From: Hypanus sabinus | Taxonomy: Eukaryota | Direction: 5' to 3' | Length of the DNA: 64,000 nucleotides | NCBI RefSeq assembly: GCF_030144855.1 | Contig: NC_082714.1 | Coordinates: 93,496,001-93,560,000 of the forward strand | Part shown: piece by piece, positions 11,915 through 25,200 of the stretch | Numbering within the stretch: the first letter of the stretch is position 1 | Layout: every line of letters starts with the position of its first letter | The notes under the pieces: generated by a model | Seen by the model: only the letters and a program-made list of their open reading frames with translations | What the model was told of the DNA's origin: nothing | Database searches by the model: none | Program-made: the position numbers and the translations under genes

Positions 11915-14900
11915 AAGGAGACCATAAGACTATAAGACATAGGAGCAGAATTAAAAGTCTGCTCCTGCATTTAATAATGGCTGACCCTGCTTTAATAGCT
12001 CCTCCTCAACCACAGTTCCCAGACTTCTCCCCGTAACCTTTGATGTTATGTGCAATGAAAAACCTGTCAATCTCTGCCTTAACTACACCCAACGATCCGG
12101 CCTCCACAGCTGCATGTGACAACAAATTCCACAAATTAAACACCTTTTGGCTGAAGAAATTTCTCCGCATCTCTGTTTTGAAAGGGTACCCGTGTATCCT
12201 GAGGCTGTGCCCTCTTGTCCTCGATTCTTCCACCATGGCAAACTTCGGTTGCACTCTGTCTAGGCCTATTAACATTCGAAAGGTTTCAATGAGACGACCA
12301 CGCCCCCCACCAACTCCGCGCATCCTTCTGAATTCCAAGGAGTAATTCAGAGCCAATAAACTTTCGTTGTATTATAATCTTTTAATTCCAGGAATCATCA
12401 TTGCGAACCTCTTCTGAAGCCTCTCCATGCCAGTACAACACTGTTAAGATGTGGGGCCCAAAATTGTTCACAATACTCAAGGTGAGGACTCACAAATGCC
12501 TTAGAAAGCCTCAGCATCACATCTGTGCTCTTGTATTCTAAACCTCGAAATGAATGCTAACGTTGCATTTGCCTTCCTCACCACCGACTCAAACTGAAAG
12601 TTAAACTTCAAAATGTTCTGCACAAGGGCTTCCAAGTTTCACAGCATCTCAGATTCCTTAATTTTCTAGCCGCTTAGAAAATAGGCCACAGATTTATTTC
12701 TACTATCAAACTGCATGACCACGGATTTTCCAACATTGTATTTCATTTGCTACTTTCTTGCCCATTCTCCTAACCTGTCTAAGTCCTTTGCTCCAACACT
12801 ACCTGCCCCTTCACCAATTTTGGTATCATCTGCAAACTTGGCAACAAAAGCATCTATTCCATCATCTAAATCATTTATATAAAGCATAAAAGGTAGTGCT
12901 CCCAACACCGACCTTTGTGGAACACCACTAGTCACTGGTAGCCAACCAGAAAAGGATGCTTTTATTCCCAGTCACTGCTTCCTACCTATCAGCCAATGCT
13001 CTAAACATGTTATTAAATTTTCTGTAATACCACTGGCTCTTAACGTGATAAGCAGGCTCATGTGTGGTTCCGTGTCAAAGTCCTTCTGAAGGTCCAAATA
13101 TACACTACATCCCCTTTATCCCCTTTGTAATCTCAAATAATTCCTATAGATTCGGCAGACAGGATTTTGTACTATGTTGTCCTGTGTCAAAAAGTAGTCC
13201 ATCACTTCATCCTTAACAATTCACTCTGACATCTTCCCAAACAGTGAGGTCAGGCCAACTGGTCTACAATTTCCTTTCTGCTGCATTCCTCCTTTCTTAA
13301 ATAGTGGAGTAGCATTTGCAAATTTTACAGTCGCTTGGTACCATGCCAGAGTCCAATTTTTTTCGAAAGATCATATCTCATGCCACCGCAGTCCGTAACG
13401 CTCCCTCTTTCAGAACACTAGGGTACAATTCCTCCGGACTGGGTGACTTATATACATTTAGCATCTTCTCTCTTCCTTCACACACTACATCATCACGCAT
13501 ACTGCTTGTGTCTTCCACAGAAAAGACTGACGCAAAATGCTTATTTAAATCTTCAGCAATCTCCTTGTCTGCCGTTAAGATTTCTCCTACCTCGCTTTTA
13601 GCAATGCTATATCCACTCTCAGTTCTGTTTTATTTTTAAGACACTTGAAAAAAACTTTTACTATCCACTTAGCTATTATTTGCTAGCTTGATTTCATATT
13701 TCATCCTTTGCCTTCTAATTAATTTTTAGTTGCTCTTTGCAAGTTTTGTAAAACTTCCCAATCCTCTATCTTCCCACTGATTTTTTTCATTGTTGTATGC
13801 CCTTTGCTTTGCTTTTACAATAAGTTTGACTTTCCTTGTCAGCCATGGTTGCAATAGATTATCATTTTAGTACTTCTTCATTTTTGTAATACAAATGTCC
13901 TGCAGCTTCCTCATTTCCCCAAAACGTACGTTATTGCTGCTCTACTGACATGCTTGCCAGCAGCTCTTTCCCATTTACTTTGGCTAGCTCCTCTCGCATA
14001 CCACTGTAGTTTCCCTCACTACAGTGAAATACTGCTATATCAGAATTGACATTCTCCCCATGAATTTCAAGTTGAACACAATTTTATTGTGATGTATATT
14101 TCCTCAGGGTTCTTTTACCTTAAGCTTCAGAATCGCCTCCGCTTCGTTACATAACACCCAATCTAGTATGGCTGATCCCCTACTAGGCTCAACGAAATAC
14201 TGCTCTAAAAAGCAATCTATGAGACATTCAACAAGCTCACTCTCTTCAGATCCATTACCAACCTAATTTTCCCAATCGACCTGCATGTTAAAATCTCGCA
14301 TAACTGCTATAACCTTGCCTTTCTATTTCCTGTTGTAAAGTGTGATCCCCTCTCAGCTTCTGTTGGGACGCCTGTATATAAGTGCCATGAATGTCCTTTT
14401 ACCTGTGCAGTTTCTTAACTCAACACATAATGGTTCAACTTCTTCTGATCCTATGTCATATTTAATTTGATGCCGTTGTTTACCAGTAGAGTCTCTACCT
14501 GTCTTCCTATCCCTCTGGTATAACGTATAACCTTGGACATTGAGCTTACAACTACAACCATCCTTCAGCCACGATTTTCTGATGGACACAACGTCATAAC
14601 GGCAATCTGTAATATTTCAACAAGATTATCCACAGTATTTATTATACAACGCGCATTTGGATACAACATCTTGAGTACCGCATTTGCGATCCTTTCTGAT
14701 TCTGCATCCCCAATGATTTGCCACTCAGCCTGCTGGCTCTGAATCCCATCACCTGCGTGCCTTTCCTGACAATCTCACTGCATGCTATTTTCATACTTTT
14801 ACCATTCGTCCTATTCGGATTTCGTTCACACCGTTTTCCACCAACCAGCCAAGCTAGTTTAAACGCTACCCAACCGCCGTAACAAACCTGTTCGCGAGAA

Positions 14901-15098
14901 TATTTGTCGACCTCGGATTCAGGTGCAACCTATCACTTTTGAACAGGTCAATCCTCCGTCAGAAGAGGTACTAATTATCCAAGAACCTGAAGTCCTGTTC
15001 GCTGCATCAGCTTCTTAGCCACGTATTTTTCTGCCAAATAGTCTTGCTTTTACCTTCACTGTCGCGTGATGCAGGCAGCATGTACCAAGAAATTTGGC
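11915..15098 (-). mobile_element. Degenerate CR1 LINE (tail, ORF2, end of ORF1)
   Basis: Tail gaccataagactataagacatagg; RT fragments 12006-12356 and 12750-12935 ([15 protein letters not shown]); endonuclease fragment 14353-14589; runs into a gap. Confidence 0.9.
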
Positions 15099-15298
15099 NN
15101 NNNNNNNNNNNNNNNNNNNNNNNNNNNNNNNNNNNNNNNNNNNNNNNNNNNNNNNNNNNNNNNNNNNNNNNNNNNNNNNNNNNNNNNNNNNNNNNNNNNN
15201 NNNNNNNNNNNNNNNNNNNNNNNNNNNNNNNNNNNNNNNNNNNNNNNNNNNNNNNNNNNNNNNNNNNNNNNNNNNNNNNNNNNNNNNNNNNNNNNNNN
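15099..15298. other. Assembly gap
   Basis: Run of 200 N. Confidence 1.
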
Positions 15299-17355
15299 AA
15301 ATTTTGTCCTGAGCAGTCTACCCAGCTACTCGGCCTTCCTTCAACTGCGGGTTATTACTTCCTTATAACTTTGATGAATTGTAGCCCCGCTGTGCTCACA
15401 CGGATGGTATAATGCCTGCAGATCACCCGGGAAACAGGGATAGAAAACGTGACCAGCAAATCTCTTGGTAGTTGTGTCATCGCTTACGCAAACCCAATTT
15501 CCCTCGGGACCAATAAAGTATGTCTGTCTGTTTGTCTGTCTGTCAATGAGACGACGCGGTGCATGTTTGTTGTCTGCAGGCCGCTGGTTCAGTGAGTCGC
15601 AAGAGTTAGCTGAAAAAGAAAATCCAGTTGTTCACAATGTACATCCAAACATTTGGACAAGGGCACGAAGAGCAATATTGCTTTGTTTGTTGATTATCAG
15701 GGTTATCAGGACAGTGCAGATTGACTCAGCTGATGTTCACTGTTTACCAAAACAGGCAGTGATACAAAATATTGAATAAAATGTGGAGAAATGTGAGGTC
15801 ATGTGTAGAAAAATGTTCAAAATTGGAGTCTCTTTCAATGGCGTAAAGGTGAGGGCATGTGTGCAAGTTCATGTTGAAGTTTATTGCCAGTTAAACATAC
15901 ACATGTACACAAACGGAACACCCTGCCTCTGAGGGCAAGGTGAAAAACACAGTAGATAAAGCAAGACACATAAGGTACATTAACGCTCTGACGCATGCAG
16001 TCAGAAAATAGATATTGGCACAAGGGTCTGAGTGGCATGGCCTGAAGATATACCGGTTGACATGAAGTGTGAAGTGTATGTTTATGTAAGGTAAAGTAAT
16101 GTTTATTTATCCATCTACTTATGTATGTATTTATTTACGTTCACAGCTGGTCTTATTTTGCACATTGGTTGTTTATCCGTCTGAGTGTTTAGCTTTTCAT
16201 TGCTTGATTCGCATTCCTTTCTATCTACTAAGAATGCCCGCAAGTCAATGAATCCCCGGGGTTGTACAGTATGTGATGACTTACCGCACTTTGATAGTAA
16301 ATTTATGTTGAACTTTGAATTTTGTAATCCCAAGCCTGATACTCCGGTCTAACATATAAGCCTCAATTTGGTCAATCCAGTGGTTTCTGATCACTGGTCC
16401 ACCCCGCCCCCCTACCCCGGATGTTGATGGCGAAGTAAGGTCGTGGAATGTCAAAGGCTAGTGGTCAGATCCTTTCCGGCTGACAGTGGCCATTGCTGGA
16501 ACTAATGTAGTCAGACTGCTGTTTGCTCCTACCAGCTCTGTCTGACTACTTTGGAGTCTTGTTCCATGCCTCAATATCTCACTGTCGGAAAATTACATGA
16601 ATGGGGTTTCAGAGGAATGTTCTCGGACGTAAGTGGCGACTGTCTATTTCCCGGCATAGATACTGCCAGACCCGTTCAGTCCTTCCAACTCTTTCTCAGT
16701 TGCTCCAGATTCCAGCATCTGCAGCCGTTTGCATCACCGGTGCAATTATTACTAAAGATCCATAATTCCCATCTGATGATACCCGGACGATTCCCTGTCT
16801 AGAGGAGCGCTCCTAATGCCCTGCTGCGTTGATTGCGTTCCACTGCAACCCCTTTGCACAATGACTGACCCCAATGTCTGACGTTAAGTGAAATTCTGCC
16901 CAGTCCCGCTTGAGTGACTATAGATGAAAAAAAAACACTTGTCGTTTGGGAGTTACGCATTTCAGTGACAACCTTTAGTCCCTCACAAGCAAAGCAGCGA
17001 CTCGTTTTCTGCAGAAATGACAGATTCTCAGATAAGAACCGATGCATTGTAGAGGTAATTCTGGGATGGCATCGAGACTTTGTAGAAATTTGATGTGACC
17101 TTGAAAGGTTTTGTTCTCAGTAGCCATTCTGAGCTGAGTCAAGGGGCTGAGTGCCACTACCACCCACACCTATTGTTCCTGAGGGAAGCAGCAGAAACAA
17201 TGTCTGAAATCAGTTTAGCCTGATAATTCTCCGATGTTCTACAAGCCTGGATATGTGATACAACTGAAGATAAAACAATCTTGAAATTAGTGGTGAAGGT
17301 TTTAAAAATCAGCAAGGTGGCCATTCAATGGTTGCGAAGGTCAGCAAGTCAATCT

Positions 17356-17409
17356 CCGCCCACCTTCTTTCCGTGGCGCCGCCCACTCATTTACATCCCA
17401 ATTAATAAA
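17356..17409 (+). promoter_or_regulatory. Putative IgL promoter: two GC boxes, variant octamer, AT-rich box
   Basis: CCGCCC near 17356 and 17379; ATTTACAT at 17389-17396 (1 mismatch to ATTTGCAT); ATTAATAAA at 17401-17409; octamer about 129 bp upstream of the leader ATG. Confidence 0.55.
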
Positions 17410-17524
17410 CAGACCCGGAGACCCCAGTTTGTAGAATCTGGAACTGGAGAGGTTACCGAAGTTTGCAGAATAACGCATGGTTCGGTCGGAATTTTTTTTG
17501 CATTGTCTGCACCTATCCGGAGGA

Positions 17525-17573
17525 ATGCCTCCAGCGTTGCATCTCCTGTGGGTTCTGCTGGACCATTTACCAG
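17525..17573 (+). pseudogene. Ig light-chain leader exon
   Basis: MPPALHLLWVLLDHLP+G, 49 nt, phase-1 donor GTGAG at 17574; 106-nt intron to ttatttaAG at 17678-17679. Confidence 0.9.
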
Positions 17574-17679
17574 GTGAGAGTTGGATGGCCCACGCACGGA
17601 CTATCCGTTTAAATTGGGATTACTGCTGATCTTTATTTTGCTCCAAATCACCCAGTGGTTTTATTGTGCTTTATTTAAG

Positions 17680-18033
17680 ATATCCACGCGGCCCCAGAGC
17701 TCAATCAGACCCCAATGTCCGGACCTGTTTCCGCCGGATAAACTGTCCGCTTGGAGTGTCGGATACAGAACGGTAATGTTGGCAGTTTCCACATGAACTG
17801 GTACCGACAGCGTCCCGGGGAGAGACCGCAGTGGGTGATGGTACATGAGACGGACAATGATATATACCGAGGGACGGGGATCACAGACCTTTTTCAACCG
17901 TCCAGAGACACCTCCAGCAACAGTCACATCCTGACCATCAGCCGTTTGGAGTCCGGGGAGTCCGCTGTCTATTACTGTGCAGCGTGGGATAGTGGAGTTA
18001 TCATCGGTCCAGGCACCATCCTGGATATTAAGA
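17680..18033 (+). pseudogene. Fused (germline-joined) V-J exon of an Ig light chain, type I/NS5 (sigma-cart)-like
   Basis: Reads (D)IHA-APELNQTPMSGPVSAG*TVRLEC...WYRQRPGERPQW...SRDTSSNSHILTISRLESGESAVYYCAAWDSGVIIGPGTILDIK. Cys at 17757 and 17976. V and J are contiguous with no RSS. In-frame TAA at 17739-17741; donor is AT instead of GT at 18034. The isotype call is from recalled sequence similarity (about 0.7). Confidence 0.95.
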
Positions 18034-18429
18034 ATAAGTGACTCCCTCTTTCTGTTACGAACAATTCAGACTGCAGCCACTCTCATTCCCCACAGCCGGA
18101 TAAAAGCCCTTACGGGGAAAGCCTGGAAGAGGTTCCATTCGTTTCTGTCTGGCACAAGGGGCTGTTAATCCCATCGAGTCAGCCCCAAACAATCAGATTT
18201 ATGTTCGTTTGACCTCTGAACAATTTTTTTGGATACTTTTGATCTATTTCAGTTGGTGTAGCAAAATTCAATACTTTCCGACATCCCTTTTCTTTAACAT
18301 TTTAGGCCTCGTCGAATGAGAAGGATGTAGATTTTGATGTCAATCGTCCATCTTATCGTATCAGAGAACCATTCAATAATCTTATTACAGCGGCGCCTCT
18401 ATTGTGTCAAATTAAACCAAACCCTGCTC

Positions 18430-18660
18430 TCTACAAATACTCCATATCCCTCCATTCTAGGCACACTCATGTGTCCATCTAGCAGTTTCTTAGACTCCCC
18501 TATCGAATCTGCCTCCAACCTCATGCACCCTTCACTCTGAATAAAAGTAAACATTCACCGAACTTCTCCAGTAAATTTCACTCCTCTTAGCTTCGATTTC
18601 TGCCATGGGGAAAAAATCTTGACTGTCGATCCTATCGCTCTGTCCCATGCTGTCTTGAAC
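18430..18660 (-). mobile_element. CR1 3'-end fragment in the J-C intron
   Basis: ccatatccctccattc...catgtgtccatctagcagtttcttag...ctgcctccaacc matches the reverse complement of CR1 3' ends. Confidence 0.6.
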
Positions 18661-19568
18661 AATGTTCATACATAATTTGGGGAAATGATCGATACCACAA
18701 ACATGGGATCTACCCTTCCCTCTTCATTCACCACCTCTGAGAACATGTTTGTCGCGAATATTCCATAATATTTCTGGGTGCGGTAAATATTGGACCACAG
18801 GGCAGGATGTTCACAGTTTCAAGTTAACGCAATTCAGAGTCTGTGATTAGGAACCGCGTCAATATGATTGTATAAAACACAGGAGAAGAACATCAAACTT
18901 TAAAAATAATACACACTAGGGGAAGGAGCTATGTAGAAAACAGGCTGGTCACAGAGTAAAGCGGCAATAGACCGGGTAACCAGGGGTTCGAAATGCAATC
19001 AGAGTCTGAACGAGTAGTTTCACCTCTTACCGCTTCTCACTGGTTCACAGGTCTGTTCTTTTTTCCATCATTTCCTCTTCAGTCACTGGATACCGAGTCT
19101 TGGATATTCACTGAGCTTTCCCGACCTCGGGACATCCCAAGGAGCCTTCATTCTGTTAACAACTGAAGGTGTAGTATTCTCAGTTACTGTCCTAAGAGTT
19201 CAAGATTTGGGTAGTTATTGGAGAACAACAAAGAACTGGTCTGACTAAAGAGACCAATCATATGGACAAGGTGTGGGGTTTAGCGAAGAGTTTGAGTAGT
19301 GTTGAAGTTATCTTTTAATATAATGTAATGCCGAGAGCAGAGTGGATTCAAAAAAGGTTTTATTTTGAAATAAATGATGTCACCTCGTAACCGCACAAGG
19401 CTGAGAATAATCCTGCAACTCTTCACTCAAAGATTTGTACCCGAGGGGTCAAATGTGCCGTATAGTGCGTCCCAACGTCTGTGTTAATTCCGGCGCTGGT
19501 GTTTCTATCTCTGAACAGTCTATGAAGTAATATTGTTTCTATTCCTCTCCGTCTGCTCTTTACAACAG

Positions 19569-19890
19569 GTAGCGATTCCCGGAAGCCGTCGGTTCTCCTC
19601 CTCCCTCCTTCTCCGGAGGAATCGGGCACGGGTTCGGCCACTCTCTCCTGTCTGGTGAGTGGTCGGGCTTGGTAGCGCTACGCTGGACCGTGGATGGAGT
19701 CGAGACGGAGAGCGGGGTGACGACAGGCGCCAGGTCCCTGGACACCGACCAGATCTACAGACTGAGCAGTTACCTGCGGGTTCCCGTCGCTGCCTGGAAC
19801 AAGGGCTCGAGCTATTCCTGCAGCGTGAGCCACAGCTCGCTGAGCTCGCCGCTGCGCAACACCATCTCTTCGTCCGCCTGTGCGCAGTGA
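19569..19890 (+). pseudogene. Ig light-chain constant exon with frameshift
   Basis: Acceptor ctctttacaacAG, then (S)SDSRKPSVLLLPPSPEESGTGSATLSCLVSG. The reading then shifts frame (TAG at 19673-19675 in the original frame) into LVALRWTVDGVETESGVTTG...YRLSSYLRVPVAAWNKGSSYSCSVSHSSLSSPLRNTISSSACAQ*, with the penultimate-region Cys for the interchain bond. Confidence 0.95.
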
Positions 19891-20049
19891 GAGTGTGCCG
19901 GCTGGCAGCACACGCGGGTTGTTTGTTCTTGTTTAATGCAGTGAAGCAATGACTGGGTCTGTATAGCAGCCCATTGCAATGTAATTGTGTAGTAATGTTC
20001 GCTTATGGAAACAATCAGAATGTTTAATAATTTCAGGACAGTTGGCAAT

Positions 20050-20186
20050 AATAAACCATCTTTTGTGACGGATAATTCTGTGTACGACTGTCCCCAGTGT
20101 GCTGTATCTGAACTACCACTGTGCGTAGAATCAGGAGCGATCTCCTGTGCTGTGATTGGAACTTGTGTAACACAACTCTAAATAAA
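20050..20186 (+). terminator. Candidate poly(A) signals of the IgL gene
   Basis: AATAAA at 20050-20055 and 20181-20186 downstream of the C stop codon. Confidence 0.55.
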
Positions 20187-21709
20187 AGTGGAAACAGCGA
20201 TAGATCTACCATGTCTTTTCTTTACTCGGCCTCTGGCAGTACGTTAGGGGGAATGGTCGCCAAGAGCCTGAATCAGAATTATAGTTAAATCGACTCCGAC
20301 TTCTTATTCCACTTTTCAGAGCGTTCTTAGGCCGTCGGCACTCACCTCCCACCACCCCCTTCCCCCGCCTCCGCCAGCACCAGCACCTTCTATTCCTCGT
20401 CGTCCTGCACGTCTGCACTTCATTTACAACCATCCCTGTGGGAGGGAGATCAACATTCTCAGTTTGTTTCGGCCAAGACTTCTCACCATTGGGAGAGTGA
20501 CATTGCAGGGATGTTTCCCCGTGACTTGACCATTCTCTCCATCGCTTCCGTTTGTTCCTGAATGACGGTCATCGGTCTCAATTCCCGCCCTGACACCACC
20601 GTCACCACCCACCACACCCACACATTAGTTTCTGTAACTCATGGTTATCTTCAGAGTTGAAGGTAAATTTGTTATCGAAGTATGTGCACATCTTCATAAG
20701 TGACTATGGGTTTCATTTTCTTACAGGTTTTCACAGTAGAATAAAGAAATACAATAGATGCGGTGAAAAATTACACACAAAGACAGAGAAGCACAAAGAG
20801 AAATAGACACGAATAAAAAAATGGATAGATACACAAATACACAGAGAAATAAATAAAACTTGCATGAATGACAAATCAATTAAATTCAATCAATCATAAA
20901 TAAAAAACAAAGGTATAAAGGGATAATGGATAAATACATAAATAATACCGAGGACATGAGTTTGAAAGTGACTCTGCAGATCGTGGAATCAGTTCAGAGA
21001 TGTGGTGATTAAAGTCAAGAGTTTAAAAGATTAAAGAGTTGCTGAAGCGTAAAAAAAGTGTAAGATGACTACAGAGACCCGTTTAATTATGTTAAAGGTT
21101 TATATTGGCTGATGAATAGCGTAGTCTTTATGGAGAGTGTGACTGATAAGACGACTGCCTTAGCTCCACACACACACACACAGCGACTTAAGTAACATTT
21201 CACACAAATTAATTGCGGTTGCCTGACCGGCTGATCTTTTTCAAGAATTTGGTGCAGAAATCCTACTTCGTCATTAATGAGGTTTTTATGTTGGTTGAAT
21301 GGTGTCAATCTTTTCCTGGGCTGGATAATCACTCTATTTTTAGACTATACAGAGCAACGTGCGCGACATTAGAGAAAATGATTCCTGTGCATAAGATAGA
21401 AGTTATTTGAACAATCGGGCAAATGACTCCCGCACTTGGTTTACTGGAACAATTAACATGTGAAACATCTTTAAAACCTCTTTGAAAATGCTGGAATAGT
21501 CAAGCGCATTATAAAACACTAAAACAGAAAAATCAATGAACATAAAATAGAATACATTAAATATTATTAAATATTTGTTCTATATGGCACACGTAGAAAC
21601 AAGCATACAGCTCCATTTGCATCAAATCAAATCAATAAGGATTGTGCTGGGGATAGAGCGGAATTGTTAGCACGCTTTCGGCGACAACACGTATTTATTT
21701 GGTGTTTAC

Positions 21710-21850
21710 GCATTTACCTATCTATCTGTCTTTATATCTATCTATCTAACTGTCTGTCTGTCTACGTATGTATGTATACATCTACCTATCTATCTACCTA
21801 CAGATTTATTTATTTATGTATTCATTCATTCATTCAATCATTCACAGATA
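21710..21850. repeat. Compound tetranucleotide microsatellite (TATC/TGTC/ATGT/ATTC)
   Basis: Direct inspection. Confidence 0.85.
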
Positions 21851-22216
21851 CAGTGCGTAACAGAACATTCTGGCCGAACGAGCCGCACCACCCAGCAGCT
21901 CACTGTTTTGACCGAAGCGCAATCACAGGACAATTTACAATAACAAACTATCCTACTACGTCATGTTTGTTTTCATGCCCCATTATTCCCTGCCCCAGCT
22001 CCTGCCCTACTCCGGCCCCTATATTACTGAGTACTCTGCCTCTCACCTGTTTCTCGTTATTGCCTGTTTTGTTGCCGCTTCTGTCTTATTTTGCCCCACC
22101 TATCTTCTGCCTCGCTGTATATTAGTCAGTGAATTTTAGTCTTGTGTTTTCGCCTGTTTGTTGCCACATCGTTCCAATGAATTTTCCTGAGCTTTTCTAG
22201 CATTTATATCTACACG

Positions 22217-25200
22217 TAGAACCATAAAACCATAGAACATTATAGCACAGAAACATGCCTTTTGGCCCTTCCTGGCTGTGCTGAACCATTTTTCTGCCGA
22301 CCGACCTGCACCTGGCCCAGATCCCTCCATACACCTCTTATCAATGCACCTGTCCAAGGTTTTCTTAAACATTAAAAGTGAGCCCACATTTAACACTTCA
22401 ACTGGCTGCTCATTCCACACTTCCACCACTCTCTGTGTGAAGAAGTTCGCCCCCACCCCTAATGTTCCCTTTACCCTTTTCTCCCTTCACCCTTAACCCA
22501 TATGAACTGTTTCTCTTTCTCATCTTACTTCAGTGGAAAAAAAACCCTGCTTGCATTCATTCTGTCTATATCCATCATAATTTTATATACCTCTATCAAG
22601 TCTTCCCTCATTCTTCTAAGCTCCAGGGAATAAAGTCCTAACCTATTTCAACCTTTCCCGGTAACTCAGTTTCTGAAATCCTGGCAACCTCCTTGTAAAA
22701 CTTCTCTGCTTTCTTTCAACGTTTTTAATATTCTTCATGTAATTTGGTGACCAAAACGGCACACAATACACCAAATTCGGTCTCACCAATGCCTTATACA
22801 ACTTCAACATAACATTCCAACTTTTATACTCAGTACTTTGATTTATAAAGGCCAATGTACCAAAAGCTCTCTTTGCTACCCTAACTACCTCTGACGCCAC
22901 TTTTCGGGAATGTTGTATCTGCATTCCTAGATCCCTCTGTTCTATTGCATTCCTCAGTGCCCTACCATTTACCTTGTATGTTCTATCTTAGTTTTTCCAT
23001 CAAAATGCAATACGTCACACTTGTCTGTATTAAACTCCATCTGCCATTTTCAGCCCATTTTTCCAGTTGGTCCAGGTAGCTCTGCAAGCTTTGAAAACCT
23101 TCCTCACTGTCCACTACACCTCCAATCTTTGTCTCATCAGCAAACTTATTGATCCAATTTACCACATTATCATCCAGATCATTGATATAGATGACAAATA
23201 ACAATGGACTCAGCATGGATCCTGTGGCCCATCACCAGACACAGGCCTCCACTCAGAGAAGCACTACCACTCTCTGACTTCTCCCAGTGAGCCAATATCT
23301 AATCCAATTTACTAACTCTCCATGTATAACCAGCGACTGAATCTTCCTAACTAACCTCCCATGCGGGACTTTGTCAAAGGCCTTACTGAAGTCCATGTAG
23401 ATAACAACTACTGCCTTCCCTTCATCCACTTTAATTGTAATCTCCTCGAAAAAATCTAATAGATATGTTAAACATGACCTACCACGCACAAATCCGTGTT
23501 GACTCTCCCTAATAGTCCCTGTCTATCAAAATACTTGTAGATCCTATATCTTAGTACTCCTTCCAATAATTTACTTAGAATGGACGTCAAAGTTACCGGC
23601 CTATAATTTTCCGGATTACTTTTCGAACCTTGTTTAAACAACGGAACAACAAAAGCTTTCCTCCAATCCTCCGGCTCCTCACCCGTAGATAACGGTATTT
23701 TAAATACATCTGCCAGGGCCACTACAGTTTCGAAACTAGTCTCCTTCAATGGCCGAGGGAATACCCTGTGAGGTCCTGGGGATTTATTAACTCTGCTTTT
23801 CCTCAATATAGCAAGCATCTCTTCCTCTTCAATCTGAATAGGTTCCATGACCTCACTACTTGTTTGACTTATTTCTGTTGACTCCATGCCAGTTTCCTTA
23901 GTAAATACAGACGTAAAAACCCATTTAAGTTCTCCCCCAGTTATTTTGGTTCCATACGAAGCCGACCACTTTGATGTTCAAGAGGACCAATTTTATCCCT
24001 TATTGCTCTTAATACACCTGTAGAAGCTCTTTGGGTTAACCTTCACGTTTATTGCCAAAGTTACCTTATGACTTCTTTTAGACCTCCTGATTTCTTCCTT
24101 ATTTTTTGAACTTGTACTCCCCGGGTACCTTATTTGCTCCCTGTTTCCTATACGTGTCATACATCTCTCTCTTCTTCTTTATTAGAGTTCCAATATCGCC
24201 AGAGAAGCAAGGTTCCATATCCTTATTTACTTTGCCTGTAATCCTGACAGTAAGATACAAACTCTGCACTCTCGGAATTTCTCATTCGAAGGCCTCCCAT
24301 TTACCAACGACATCCTTGCCAGCGAACAACCTGTCCCAATCCACGCTTTTTAGATCGTTTCTCATTTCTTCAAATTTAGCATTTTTCCAGTTTAGAAACT
24401 CAACCCGAGGGCCAGATCTACCTTCATCCATGATCAAGTTGAAACTAATGTTGTGATTACTGGAATTAAAGTGCTCCCCTACACACACTTCCGTCACCTG
24501 TCCTAACTCGTTTCCTAATAAGAGATCTGATATTGCATCCTCTCGTCGGTATCTCTCTATAGTGATTTAGAAAATTTTCCTGGACGTATGTTACAACTTT
24601 AACCCGTCTAGGCCTTTAACAGTATGGGAGTCCCAATCAATACGTGGAAAATTAAAATCCCCAACTATCACAAATTTATGTTTTCTGCAGTTGTCCTCTA
24701 TCTCTCTGCAGATTTGTTCCTCCAATTCTCGCTGACTATTGGGTAGTCTAAAATACAACCTCATTAGTGTGGTCATACCTTTCCTGGTTCTTAGCTCCAC
24801 CCATATGTCCTCGGTAGACAGGCCCTCTAATCTGTCCTGCCTGAGCACTGGTTTAGCATTTTCCCCGACTAGCAATGCTACCCACCCACCCTTCATCCTT
24901 CTGCCTCTGTCACGTCTGAAACTTCGGAAACCTGGAACATTAAGCCCCTCCTGCCCCTCCTGCAGCCAAGTTTCACTAATGTCTACAATGTCATATTTCC
25001 ACGTGTCAATCGACGCCTTCAGCTCGTCAGCCTTCCTCAAAATACACCTCTTAAGATCATTACCACCACACGCAACCCTGCTATTTGTGACTTCGCATGA
25101 AACATTAACATCATTTATTTTCATCCCCGCTCCACTATTTACTCTGGTACTCCCCTGCAAATCTAGTTTAACCCTCTCTCACCCCCAATAGCACTAACAA

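Noticed and set aside
15580-15745. Possible exon (tgtctgcAG acceptor) and CACTGTT heptamer with a TGACTCAGC motif
   Set aside because: Translation resembles no family I recognise, and there is no nonamer at 12 or 23 bp.
17486-17493. TTTTGCAT as the IgL octamer
   Set aside because: Only about 32 bp from the ATG, too close; ATTTACAT at 17389 fits better.
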